Positions 11,652 through 22,749 of a stretch of 64,000 bases of DNA are shown piece by piece. The stretch is taken from the NCBI GenBank assembly GCA_963833985.1, contig CAWIAD010000001.1, forward strand, positions 2,400,001 through 2,464,000, read 5' to 3'. Every line of letters begins with the position of its first letter. The stretch's first letter is position 1. Both the position numbers and the translations under genes were made by a program. This DNA is from an uncultured Planctomycetaceae bacterium. Its GTDB lineage: Bacteria; Planctomycetota; Planctomycetia; Isosphaerales; Isosphaeraceae. Below the pieces are notes generated by a model. The model ran no database searches and was not told where the DNA came from. It worked only from the letters and a program-made list of their open reading frames with translations.

Positions 11652-12658
11652 GCGAGATGGTGGGAGCAGGTGCCTATCTGGAACCCCATCCCGGCGACTG
11701 GCCGGTACTGGTCACCGGTGCGGGAGGGTTCGTCGGCGGCCACATCGCCCGGCACCTTGCCCGGGTTGGCCATCGTGTCCGGGGACTCACCCGGAAAGCG
11801 CCGCATGTCCAACCGGACGATCCGGCCGTCGAATGGTTCCTTGGCGACCTGCGCGACCCGGAGACGCGCCACAGGGCCGTTCACGGAGTCCGCGGCGTGA
11901 TTCACACGGCCGGCTGGGTGAGCCTGGGTCGAGATCCGCGTGGGCTCAGCCAGGCGATCAACGTCGACGCCACCAGGCACCTGCTCGAGATCGCCCGGCG
12001 TGCGGCAGTGGAGCGGTTCGTGCTCACGTCCACACTACACACGCTGGCCGCGGGCACACTCGAATGCCCCGCCGATGAGGCCACACCGTGGAACCTGGCG
12101 TGCGTGGACTCGCCCTACGCACGCTCGAAACGCCATGCCGAGATGCTCGTGCGGCAGGCGAATGACCAGAAGGGCAGTTTCACCACGGTCGTGCTCTGTC
12201 CCGGCATGATTCTGGGTGCACGCGACGTGAAGCCCACCTCGACTCAGCTCGTCCACGTGCTGGCAAGAACACGTGTCGCGCTGCTGCCGGGCGGAGGAAT
12301 TCCCATCCTCGATACGCGGGTCGCCGCGCTCGCGCATCGCCGGGCGCTCACGGCCGGCGAGCCGGGAGCGCGGTACGCCCTGGCAGGCCCTTATCTCGGC
12401 TATGTCGAGCTCGCCCGCCTGGTGCGCGCGCTGACCGGCCGCCCGCGCTGGATCGTCGACTTGCCCGATGGCCTCGAACGCCCGCTCCGGGCCGCCGCCG
12501 GCATGGTCGAGCGGATGTCCGTCGGCGGCGAGGCCTCGGCGACAACCGTCGCCGGTGGCTTCCTCCGGCTGCACGTCTCCGGCGCCCGGGCCGATGCCTG
12601 CTTCCATTTAGTCCATCCGCCGCCAATCGAGACCATTCGCACCGTGTTGGAATCATGA
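11648..12658 (+). CDS. NAD-dependent epimerase/dehydratase (extended SDR, HpnA/DFR-like)
   Basis: VLVTGAGGFVG, HTAG, YARSK catalytic motif; GTG start overlaps the sppA stop (alternative ATG at 11657). Confidence 0.88.
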   Translation: MSEMVGAGAYLEPHPGDWPVLVTGAGGFVGGHIARHLARVGHRVRGLTRKAPHVQPDDPAVEWFLGDLRDPETRHRAVHGVRGVIHTAGWVSLGRDPRGLSQAINVDATRHLLEIARRAAVERFVLTSTLHTLAAGTLECPADEATPWNLACVDSPYARSKRHAEMLVRQANDQKGSFTTVVLCPGMILGARDVKPTSTQLVHVLARTRVALLPGGGIPILDTRVAALAHRRALTAGEPGARYALAGPYLGYVELARLVRALTGRPRWIVDLPDGLERPLRAAAGMVERMSVGGEASATTVAGGFLRLHVSGARADACFHLVHPPPIETIRTVLES

Positions 12659-13066
12659 CAACGTTGAACGTTGCTCGCACGACGCGACGGGTCGCCAGCG
12701 GCGTACGCCGCACCAGGCCGCCAGCAGGCAATGAAGCAGCACCGCGGGCCAGAGCGCGGGGCCAGCAACGTGCAGCGACCACCCGGCATGTGCAAGGATC
12801 GCGGTCGCGGCCAGGTTATAAATCAGCAGCCCCGAAACAATACCCGGGCAGGAACGGCCGCCCGTGACGTGACTGTCCACCAAGCAGGTGATACTGAGGG
12901 CCAGCAGCGCGGCCCCGAGAACTCGGCCGGCCAGGACCAGCTCCTGCGCCGCGGCTTCCAGTCCCAGAAGCAGCCTGAAGGCCAACCCGGGCAAAACAAG
13001 CAGCAAAAGGGCCGTGGCTCCCTCCACGAACGCCGTCAGCCTGAGCAGGTTCGCTGCCGACATCAC
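12653..13066 (-). CDS. Small integral membrane protein (about 4 TM segments)
   Basis: 137 aa with four hydrophobic stretches. Confidence 0.7.
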   Translation of the reverse strand: MMSAANLLRLTAFVEGATALLLLVLPGLAFRLLLGLEAAAQELVLAGRVLGAALLALSITCLVDSHVTGGRSCPGIVSGLLIYNLAATAILAHAGWSLHVAGPALWPAVLLHCLLAAWCGVRRWRPVASCEQRSTLS

Positions 13067-13138
13067 ACTTCACTTTCGTGGCCAGTTCCAGCCTACCTGA
13101 TGCATCGAGCGCCTTCGGCCCGGGACGCTCAGCCTGGC

Positions 13139-15256
13139 TCAGGCCGGCCCGTCGTTGCTCACATAGAAAATGTGCTCGCGACCGTAGGGCGAATGCGTCG
13201 GCACATTCTCCTCGAGCCGGAACCGCCTGTGGTGCAGCGCGCGCACCAGGTCCGCTTTGCTGAAGTGGATCTCCGTGCGGGTCGGCGATTGCTGTGCGGA
13301 AGCGGGTGCCTTCTCCGTGGTCGTCCGCACGAACGGCGTATGCACCACCACGACGAGGCGGCGGCAGGATGCCAGGGCGTTACGCAGAATCAATTGCCAG
13401 CGTGCGTCGTGCTCCAGCACGTGCCTGAGCAGGATGCCGTCGGTCGTGGAGGTGTGGCATGATAGGTCGACGACCTGGTCGCAGGCGGCCGAGGGATCGC
13501 TGTCGATGCCGACGTAGCAGCCCGCGCGCACAAATCGCCTGAAGTAACCCGCTCCACACCCCCAATCCTCCACCCGGCCCGTTCCTGCAAGATAGCTGGC
13601 GGTGCGCTTGTACGTGGTATCGCAAGTCGATAGGGCAAGGCGATCCTGTGGAAGGACGTTGAGCGAGCGAGACGATACCTCGTTCCACCGCGAACGGGCA
13701 CTCTCCGCGAGCGCCGAGTAGTCCTGCCGCCAGTGAGGCTCCAGCTCAAAGCGTCCCCGCTGGCTCGCGGCCGCACCCAGAGCGTCATAAAAGCCCTGCA
13801 TGTCGCGCTGGCCGGAGAGATGGCAGGGGCTCACACCCCAGCGGTAAATGTAGAACCAGTCCGGCACGGAAAGCGGAGATGCGTCGACGCGACAGCGGAC
13901 GTTCGGATGCGCCGTGAGAAGCTCGTCCATCGCCGCGTCCTGGGAACCGGTGACCGCGGGATAGCCCTCGACGACCTGCCAGGCGCGACGGCGAAAGAGC
14001 GAAAGGTTGTGCCCCACGCCCATCGTGTGGTCCCAGTGCAGTCCGTCTCGGTCGAGGTACCAGTACTGGCGAGGATTGTCGTAGTCGTGGTCGCACAGAC
14101 GCTCGCGCAACAGGTCCAGGCGGTGCGGCAGGCTGATGTCGTCGTCTTCCCAGGGAGCGAGCAGGCTGCCGCCGGCCAGCCGCACCATGGCGTTGTACTT
14201 TTCGCCCAGGGTCGCATACCGCCGCGGCTGGTTCACCACCCGCACGCGAGGATGAGCCAGGACAATCTCCTGGGCGGGATCATCGTTCAAGATCAAGAGC
14301 TCGCTGTGTCTGTCGCTCTGGCGCAGGAACGCCTCGACCGACTCCTCCAGCAAATGCTGCCACGGTGTGCCGCAACGCCCGTAGGTCGGACACAGGCAGG
14401 TGATCAGCGGCGGCGTGCGATGAATGGCCGGCGCCCCCGGGCTGGCGAGCACGGCGTCCGCGTCGCTCTCGGCCCGCGCCATCTCGGACGGGCTGGCGAT
14501 GCCGCGAAAGTGCTCGAGCACGGAGGTCTCATTCAGGCCCAGCTCGCGATGGCCAATCAGGTAATTGGTGATACGATCGCGCAGCCGCAAGGGATAGGGA
14601 GCGCCTGAGGGACGCCCGAAACGATGGACCCAGCGCAGCCAGGGCACGCACAGGCAGCGCCTGCCGAGCTTGCGAAACTTTTCGTGAATGTAGCCCTCCT
14701 CGCCACCAAAACCGCGAAATGCCGGGTGGAAACCCGGCCAGGCGGCCTTGCGGCAGGAGAAGAGACCCAGCCCCTGCATCGGGATCTCGAAGGGTTGGGC
14801 CTCGATGTCGTCCCGTGCGCGTTCGTCGAGCGCCCACACGCCCCACATCTGCTGGCTCCAGACCGGCTCGAAATGCGAGCTGAGCCTTTCCAGGTCGTCG
14901 TCGACGAGAGGCCCTTGCAGCAGGTCCATGCAGCTCGGGTGTTCATGATAGAATCGCTTCAGCCGGGCCAGCACACCGGGCAAGAGCAGCACGTGGCTGT
15001 CAAGGCAGAGCACGTGCTCCGCTCGTGCCTCTCGGAAGACCAGATCGCGAGGGGCCGATGTGCCCACCGCGTGCGGCGCCAGCACGTATCGCCCGCCCGC
15101 GGAGCCCTCCACGAAACTCCGCGTGGTCTCACAGCCGAAATTATCCACCACCAGGATCTCCACGTCCTCCATGTCCTGGTAGAGCCGGAGACTCTGGATG
15201 GTGAAGTAAACTCCGTCGAAGTCGCGGTAGGTCGCCATTCCGACGGTCAGTTTCAT
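13139..15256 (-). CDS. Multidomain glycosyltransferase: GT2 + second GT2-like domain + class I SAM methyltransferase
   Basis: Domain 1 LTVGMATY..EILVVDN..LCLDSH..GFGGEE; domain 2 ITCLCPTYGR..ELLILND..PWEDDD; domain 3 VEDWGCGAG..YVGID..LRHVLEH. Confidence 0.82.
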   Translation of the reverse strand: MKLTVGMATYRDFDGVYFTIQSLRLYQDMEDVEILVVDNFGCETTRSFVEGSAGGRYVLAPHAVGTSAPRDLVFREARAEHVLCLDSHVLLLPGVLARLKRFYHEHPSCMDLLQGPLVDDDLERLSSHFEPVWSQQMWGVWALDERARDDIEAQPFEIPMQGLGLFSCRKAAWPGFHPAFRGFGGEEGYIHEKFRKLGRRCLCVPWLRWVHRFGRPSGAPYPLRLRDRITNYLIGHRELGLNETSVLEHFRGIASPSEMARAESDADAVLASPGAPAIHRTPPLITCLCPTYGRCGTPWQHLLEESVEAFLRQSDRHSELLILNDDPAQEIVLAHPRVRVVNQPRRYATLGEKYNAMVRLAGGSLLAPWEDDDISLPHRLDLLRERLCDHDYDNPRQYWYLDRDGLHWDHTMGVGHNLSLFRRRAWQVVEGYPAVTGSQDAAMDELLTAHPNVRCRVDASPLSVPDWFYIYRWGVSPCHLSGQRDMQGFYDALGAAASQRGRFELEPHWRQDYSALAESARSRWNEVSSRSLNVLPQDRLALSTCDTTYKRTASYLAGTGRVEDWGCGAGYFRRFVRAGCYVGIDSDPSAACDQVVDLSCHTSTTDGILLRHVLEHDARWQLILRNALASCRRLVVVVHTPFVRTTTEKAPASAQQSPTRTEIHFSKADLVRALHHRRFRLEENVPTHSPYGREHIFYVSNDGPA

Positions 15257-15258
15257 GG

Positions 15259-15657
15259 CTATTTCCCAGGCTTGGTGGTATGCGGGTTTTGTGTGTTGGT
15301 TCCCTCCTCATCCGGTACGGCCATGCGGAAATAGCGGAGCGAGAAATGAGTCGTCGCGCCGGCGTCGTCGGTGACCGAGAGTATCGCGGTGTTGATGCCG
15401 CCCACGGTCTCGCAGCGATCGCCTCCCAGGTCGAACTGAAGAGATGTCGGATTCTGTCCCGTCACTCCGGTAAAGTCGCGTGCCTGGCCGTTGATGGACA
15501 GAGCTTGACCGGTGATCCGCTTCGCGGGAACGAACGGGTAGACCTCCACGCTAACCGGCATGGGTGTGCCGTCGATCAGAGTGTCGATCAGGTCGTCCGG
15601 ACCGGGGCTGAAGTAACGCGCCACCGGCGGACCGACAAGTCTCATGAGCGCTGGCAT
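15259..15657 (-). CDS. Hypothetical beta-rich protein, probably co-transcribed with the glycosyltransferase
   Basis: 132-aa ORF ending 2 bp before the GT start. Confidence 0.6.
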   Translation of the reverse strand: MPALMRLVGPPVARYFSPGPDDLIDTLIDGTPMPVSVEVYPFVPAKRITGQALSINGQARDFTGVTGQNPTSLQFDLGGDRCETVGGINTAILSVTDDAGATTHFSLRYFRMAVPDEEGTNTQNPHTTKPGK

Positions 15658-15826
15658 GGAATCGGGCTCCTGGGTGCAAACGAACGTCTTGGGGGTCCGC
15701 CGAGGCGGAGGGCAGATGGGTACGACAAGGGCCGGGCCACGGACATGTTGCCGGCGCTCGTTCGCGAAGTCGCGGTGCGAGTGTACGGCACATCACCGCA
15801 CAATTCAACCATTCAAGCGAGCCTGA

Positions 15827-18800
15827 TCAGGGGACCGTTCGAGCCGGCCGAAAGCCGAGGTCGCCCCCCTGGCTCTGTGCTTCCATGGCCATGTCGTTTT
15901 CCGATTGCATCGCCAGCGGTCCGTGTCCGAACGCACCGCCGCGACCCGAGCGATTGTTCGCGTCGGTGACGACCGCCTCCGCATCCGCACTGGCTGGCTT
16001 GCCGGCGCCTGGCTCGATTCGAGGTTGGAACACCACTCCCAGGCATTGCCGTGCATATCGAACAGCCCCAGGTCGTTGGGACGGAGTTGCCCGACCGGGT
16101 GCAGCCGGCTCCAGGAGTTGCCGATGAACCAGGCGTACTTCGGGATGAGGTCTTCCGCCTCGCCCAGCGACCACCGCGTGTAGCCACCGGCACGGCAGGA
16201 GTACTCCCACTCCGTTGTCGTCGGCAACCGGTAGCCCTGGAGCCGGCAATAGCCGCGTTTCAGCTTCATCCCCGCAGCGTAGTTTCCCTGGGCGTTTGGC
16301 AGGTAACACCACTGGTCGCTGGGAATGCCCTCCTGAGCACTGAGCCAGTTGCAGTACGCGGCCGCGTCGTACCACGAGACGTTGTGCGCCGGGCAGTCGT
16401 CGGTCCTGGCGAAGTTTCCGTCGCGATTGAAGGTACCGCGGAAACGGCGAAACTCCGCCACCGTGACCTCCCGCGCGGCCAGTGCGAAACGATGATCCAC
16501 CAGGCACTGTTTTCTCATGTCCCGCTCGCCCGCCCCGCTCTGGAACTGCCCCACCGGAACCACGACCATTGTCTGGCCCTGCGAATTGACAAACCAGCCA
16601 ACCCCCGCCGGTTCGCGTGCGGCGCCGTCTCTCGGCGTCGGCGAGGCATCGCCGCCGGCACGGTGCTGCCCCCAATGCCGCAGGAGCCATTCCGCCGCGC
16701 TGTGCACACCGGGGTCGGCATCGTCCTGGAAGAGCTTTCTCACCTGCCCCGCGAGCCGTTGCCGCTCGGGCAAGGGCAAGCGGTCATCCGCGAACTCGCC
16801 AAGGGCCAGCAGCGCCGCCCGACGTATCGAGACATCGCCCTGCGCCGCCAGCAGAGGCTCAAGCCCCTTCGGTTCAGCCCCGCCAGAGCCCAATCGGTCG
16901 ATCAGGTAGCTGCGAACCGTGGGGTCGGGCGCGTGCCGCAGAAGTGGGATGGCAAGCCGCCACTGGCCGAGAGCCGCCAGCGCCACCGCGGCATCGGCCT
17001 GGCGGCGCTGAGCATCCAGCCGCTCGTCATCCCCAGCCTGCTGGACGCGCCGGCCGCTTGCCTCGTCCTCGAGGACCGAATAGGCGTTGGGCACGCCCTC
17101 GGCGTACGCGCCGAATAACACGGTGATGTTCCTCCGTGCCGCGGAATCTTGCCCAGACTCCAGCAGCAGCGTCGCCAGATGCGGGAGCAAGTGCATCCGG
17201 ACCGGCCGCAACGCATCTGCCCAGCGTCCAATCACCAGGCTGGGCTCGGCCGCCAGCCGCGCCGCCACTCCCGGGCTGATCGCTGGCCAGCGGCTGTCCT
17301 CCGGCGCATGGACCGCCAGCGCGCAGGCGGCTCGCAGACGCTCGCCGGGAAAGCTGCCGCTCGCCTCGAACACCTTCCAGAGGCGCGGAACGGCCTCGGC
17401 GGCGTGGGGCCTGAATGCCGCGCGGATCACAAGCACTTCCTGGGGGGATGCGGACAGCAGCCGGTCGCACAGGTAGCCCACCTGACTCTGGTCCACCGGC
17501 AAGAGCGCCAGGCTGGTGTGTAACCGGCGGCGTTCCTCACCGCTGGACTGCGCCTGGTTGTAGGCCGTGCGCAGATACCCGTCCACCCAGCCACGGTAGG
17601 GGGACATCTCGCTCACGATCTCCGGGACGTCCTCTGTGGCTGCCGAGAGCAGCAGGCCCATGAGTACCTGGGCACGCTGCCGGCGGTGGACCTCCCAGCC
17701 CACCAGCAAGGTCGCAATCAAACCGGCCGCGAGGAGCAGCCCCCAGGTTGTGTGGTGGCGCCCGGCGCGCAGCATCATGGCGCGCTGGGGAGTCGTCCAT
17801 TCGCGCTCACGGGTGTAGAGCCTCACGAACAGCCACTCCCACCACGGTGGCAGAAAGCGATTCTCCGGCCGGCCGCTCCATAATGCCGTGCGCTCCGCCA
17901 GCAGCAACGCGGCCCTCCCTCTTCGCGTCTCGCGCAGCTTTCTGTTCAGCCAGTCACGTAACGACGGAACCAGGTAATCATGGGTGAGCTGGTAGTACTT
18001 CATCGTTGCCGGCGCGGCGGTGTCCCCGGCGGCCGGCAGAGACTGCTCCGGATTGCCGGGAAGCCGCGGCACGACGGCCTGCCCCACCCCTTCGGGATCG
18101 GTCGGCGTGATCAGCCGCAGCTCGGTGTCCAGAAGGTGAAGCACGTTCTGGAAATTGTCGGGACGGCCGGCATAACCCGAGACAGCCAGCAGCTCGGTCT
18201 CGGATCGCATGTTCCCTTTGATGTCGGTTCCCGCCCCAGGCAGGAGCGATCGCAGGATTGCCTGCGCTGCTTGCTGGTGATAGCGGTGCTCCGGTGCCGC
18301 GCCGGAGGCGCTGAAGGTCTCTTCCAGGAAGGTGGCGCCAACGCCCAGCGTGCCTCCCACGCCGCGCAGCGAGGCCGACGTCCAGGGCCTCTCTTTCATC
18401 ATCTGTGCAAAGAGCGCCAGCCGGACGCAAATGACCTTGCCTTCCTGGGCCAGTCCGGCGACCGCTTGCTCCACGAAATGCTTTTGTTCCCGCGCCAGCT
18501 CGCCGGGGAGGTCCGGCAATGCGCCGAAGGCGCGGCCGAAGGACACAAGCACTTTCTCGGCGTGGCGGACCGGAAACAGGTCCACGGCCGCGGCATTCTT
18601 CCCCTCGATCAAGGGAAGCTCCAGCGCGCCCATGAACCGTGTCGCCGCCATCCAGAAATCGTCTCGCACCAGCACCAGGCACTGCACGCGGCAGCCGTCG
18701 CACTGGCGCAAGGCCTCGATCAGATCTCCCTGGGGAGACTCGCGCCTCGCATGCAGCCATTGCTCGAACTGGTCGAGCACCAGCACCAGCTTCTTGCCTT

Positions 18801-20203
18801 CCGGCAACCCCACGCCCCGGCGCAGGCTGGCCACGGCCTCCGCCAGATTGTCGGCGGCGCCAGGCGCGGGGAACCGGCCGAGCAGCGCCGCGCTGACCCG
18901 GGCCTCGGTGTTCTCCGCCGTCGCCTCGATGTAGAGCGGAATCACGCTCGCGGACAGCCGTGGCAACAGCCCGGCCTTCACCAGCGAAGACTTGCCACAG
19001 CCGGAGGGCCCGTACAGAACGCCGACCGGGAAGGCCGCATCCGGCGCCGCCTGCTCCAGGCCGGACTTCCAGAAGTGAATACTTTCGGGAAGGCCGTTGC
19101 GGTCGCGCGGGCCTGGTAGGAGGCTGAGAAAGAAGTCAGCATCGTCGGCGTCAAAGGACCGTAGCCCGCGCGGGATGACCACCATCGGCATGCTGCTCGC
19201 GCTCGTCGAGCCGGCCGGCGGGCGCCCCGATACCGCCAGCGAAGCGGGCTGACGTGAAACGCCCCTGGCACGGACGAAAGCGGAGCCCGAGCCGCGAGCC
19301 GCCACAACCAGGAAGTGCTCCAGATCGTCGGCCAGCGCGTGGGCGGTGGCGTAACGCTCCGTGGCTCGTCCCGCCAGCGCCTTCAGGCAGATCCGCTCCA
19401 GCTCTCTGGGAATGGTGGCGTCGCACTGCCTGGGAGGACGCGGATCGGCCTCGGCCACCAGGCGAAGGATCTCGGCCACGGTCCGTCCGGGAAACGGCCG
19501 CTGCCGGGTCAGCAACTCATACAGCACCACCCCCAGGCTGAAGACATCCGACCGCCTGTCCACCCGGTGCCCCTCGCCACGGGCTTGCTCCGGGCTCATG
19601 TACGCGGGCGTTCCCCCATAGCCGGTCCCCGCGCAGGTGCCCCTCGCGCAGGGCCAGGCCGAAATCCGCCACGAAGGGACGGCCGAACAGGTCGACGAGA
19701 ATGTTCCCCGGCTTCACGTCCCGGTGCACGATGCCCCGCTCGTGAGCGTGATGAAGCGCCTCGGCCACCTGCGACACGATTTGCGCCGCGTCCGCGGGGA
19801 TTGTCGTCTGGAGCTTGATCTGCTGGGCAAGCGTCCGGCCTTCGATGTACTTGGAAACAATGAAGCAGGGATACTCGGAAGTGCTGCCCACATCGTAGAC
19901 CGGAACGATATGGGGATGGTCGAGCTGCGCGGCCGCGCGTGCCTCGGCGAGGTATAACTCCGCGGCCTCGGGTCCGGGCACGTACTCACTGTGCGGCACC
20001 TTCACCGCGGCCAGGCGCTCGAGCTGCTCATCATGGACAAGGTAGACCCTGCCGAACCCACCTTCACCCAGGAGTGAGCGCACCCGGTAGCGGCCCACCT
20101 GCAACGGCAGGTCATCAAGCCGGTCCTCCGCCGTGTCCTGAGCGGCCACGGGATGGCCGTCTCCCAGCGTTGTGGCCTGGCCAGGTTCCGCGGAGAATTC
20201 CAT
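15827..20203 (-). CDS. Ser/Thr kinase + STAND-type P-loop NTPase + HEAT-like + FGE/SUMF1 domain protein; frameshifts at ~19632 and ~16005
   Basis: Kinase LGEGGFGRV, AVK, HRDVKPGN, DFG, then in the next frame GTPAYMSPEQARGE. Walker A GPSGCGKSS, Walker B LVLDQFE. FGE motifs VSWYDAAAYCNW, RLPTTTEWEY, LFDMHGNAWEW and a terminal DLGFRPART in the frame ending at 15827. Confidence 0.88.
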
Positions 20204-20386
20204 GGGGCCGTTCCTGCGAGACCGGAGATGCCAGCTCTCCGCAAGCCATCATAGCAAACGCGGATGCGACTGTGCCACGCGGACCTGGCGGCGGAACCTG
20301 GCCGGTTGCCGACAGTTCGATCGATCGCTCAGCTTCCTGCGATCCCCCGCCCAGCGCCGCGAGGGCGGCAAGCAAACCGGAACGAG

Positions 20387-20950
20387 TTATGGCAGCTCAT
20401 CCCTTACGGACCGCAGCCCTGGCACTCCGTCGATGCTCGCCTGGTTCTTCCTGGCCTTGTACCGCTCCATTCCCACCGGCCCTTGCTTCTGGGCATACTC
20501 GATCAACTGTGATCGCTCGCCCTGGTACTCGTAAAGCGGCACGGCAAACCCGCACGAGTCCTCCGCCCGCTCCACGTCCACCATGATCACCGAGCGTGCG
20601 CCGGGATACTCCGGGAACCGGGCAATCAGTCCGTCCCACTCCGGGTCGCCAGGCTCGACGACGCGCCCACGACCGTAGAGGCGAAGAATGAGCGGCTTTC
20701 CCTCGAACGCACAGAAAAGGATCGTGATTCGCCCGTTCTGCCGCAAGTGGGCGACCGTCTCGATGCCGCTGCCGGTCAGGTCGAGATAGGCCACGGAGTT
20801 CTGCCCAAGGACTCGAAACGTGTCCAGTCCCTTGGGCGAAACATTGAGATGTCCGTCCGGGGAATCGGGCGCCGTCCCGACGAAGAAGATGCGCTGCCGC
20901 TCGATGAAGCGGGTCAGCGTCTCGTCAAGCTGCTCGTAGACCTTGCCCAT
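20387..20950 (-). CDS. Pyridoxamine 5'-phosphate oxidase family (FMN-binding split barrel) protein
   Basis: MGKVYEQL..FFVGTAP..NVSPKG..YLDLTGSGIET..ILRLYGRG..DSCGFAVP. Confidence 0.9.
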   Translation of the reverse strand: MGKVYEQLDETLTRFIERQRIFFVGTAPDSPDGHLNVSPKGLDTFRVLGQNSVAYLDLTGSGIETVAHLRQNGRITILFCAFEGKPLILRLYGRGRVVEPGDPEWDGLIARFPEYPGARSVIMVDVERAEDSCGFAVPLYEYQGERSQLIEYAQKQGPVGMERYKARKNQASIDGVPGLRSVRDELP

Positions 20951-22430
20951 GCGGTCCTCGTGCTTGAGCCTCGTGTGCTGTGCCGCCCTGCGAGCAAACC
21001 GGGGATCGACCCCGACAATCCTGCCAGGTTCCAACCATTATCCGTTTCACAGTGATTCGTTTCACAATCGATGCCCTCGAAATCGATCTGGCCGGGCGCT
21101 GGCAGCGACAAACTCACGGCCTTGCCATCTGGATGACACTGTCTGCATGCAATCGGCGACGAGCGTTGCACACTGGATTCGAATGCCCGCAGCTTCTCCC
21201 TCAGGTCCTTGCGTTCCGGCTCCTGGAAGACGGCAATCGTCAAGAATCCTCGGGCCTCAAACCTGCGCCCAAGCTGCTCCGCAATCCGTGCCAGTTCTTC
21301 AGCGTCTCGGATCGGTTGCTTCCGGCCATGCAGCCCAATATACCGACCCAGCAGTGCACGCGCGGCATTCCGCTTCTGAATCACCTCGGCCGCCAGGGAC
21401 CGCTGGCCCTCCTTCTCGTAGAGGTCGATCAAACGATCCAGAGCCGGGAGATCACCAGGTTCAGCCGCAAGCAGTCGCTCCAGCTCCGAGCGTTCGTTCG
21501 CGAGATCACCGCGCTTGCCGGCAAGCCACGCGTGGATCCGGTGCTGCTCCACAGGTTGCGACGCGACCTGCGGCACATGCGTCAGGACGCGTTCCACATC
21601 GTCAATGCGTCCTCTGGCCATGGCCCATTTCAGTCTCGCCCGCCATACGGCGCGATCGTCGGGCCGTAGCTTCTCGCATTCTTTCAGCCACCGCTCCGCG
21701 TCGTTCAGATCGCCGGTGCGGATCGCCAGGTTGGCTCGTCCCAGCCACACCCGATCATCGTCGGGGGCATGCTTCACGGCAGCGTCCAGTAAAGTCCGCA
21801 CGGCGTCGATCGAAGCCGCCCCGGTGGTCACTTCAACGTGGAGAAGTAAAAGCTTGATCGCAGGATCAAGCGCTCCCTGCCCCAGGGCGTTCAAATCTTC
21901 CCACCGATTCTCAATCAGCTCGGCCGCCTCATCATGCCGGCCCAGATCGACGAATATCGGCACGAGCCCTACCATGAGCGATGTTCGATTGTTCCGCCGA
22001 TCCCTGGCGGCTTCGCTCACGAGCCGCTCAGCCTCGGCGAGCCTTCCGTCGTCCTGCAACAGCCGCATCCGGCCCAGGATCGCGCGCTCCGAGAACTCAG
22101 CCCCCGGCACCACTCTCGCCCACGCTTTCTCCGTTGCCTCGAGATGCCCGCGCGCAGCTCACACCATCCCAGCAGATAATGAAGCTTGCCGGTGACGTCC
22201 GACTTCCACCCAAGCAGTGCTTCGAGGCTCCGGCAAGCCGCCGAGTATCGGCCGCCAGCCATCTGATTCTCGATCTCGAGCATCGCATCCTGATCACGAC
22301 GATGACTCCACCAGCTCCAGCCACCGGCTGTCACCACAGCAGCCGCCAGCAAGCCAACCCCGAGCGCTCTCCACCGCGCTGGTTTGCCTGCCCCGCTCGA
22401 GAGCACCGCCGCAGTCGTTACGAGCATCAC
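20914..22430 (-). CDS. Membrane-anchored TPR protein; frameshift at ~22152; 3' end uncertain or possibly truncated
   Basis: N-terminal TM with WSWW, helical TPR-like repeats (APDDDRVWLGRANLAIRTG, RPDDRAVWRARL). The frames join as CELARGHLEATEKAWARVVPG. Confidence 0.72.
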
Positions 22431-22634
22431 CTTTCCCAGATATCGCCACCCATCTCGCAGGACTTCAAGACGATCCTATCCAGGGTCACGATCCCGCTGA
22501 AGTCGCCACACTTCAACACACCCCGGCTCGAACCGGAAGTCCCGTTCAACTTGCCAGTCGATTTCGCCGCTGATAGGCTGATCGTCCAGGGGGGTGTTCT
22601 GACGGGTTGCGAGTAGTTTCTGAGTTCTTGGAAA

Positions 22635-22699
22635 GGGGGGCAGACATTCCTGTCTGCCAGGGCAGGCCTGCTCAGGCAGGCAGGAATGCCTGCCCCCCC
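22635..22699. repeat. REP-like inverted doublet (REPIN-type)
   Basis: GGGGGGCAGACATTCCTGTCTGCC ... GGCAGGCAGGAATGCCTGCCCCCC. Each unit is itself a hairpin, and the two are inverted copies with 2 compensatory differences. Confidence 0.75.
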
Positions 22700-22749
22700 G
22701 GTCTTAGTCTGCGATCCGAGTGAAAACCGCTCTAACATCGTGGATCACC

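Noticed and set aside
10547..12658. 703-aa SppA-epimerase fusion in the ORF track
   Set aside because: Artefact of the frameshift at ~11313; the real SppA C-terminus is in another frame and stops at 11651.
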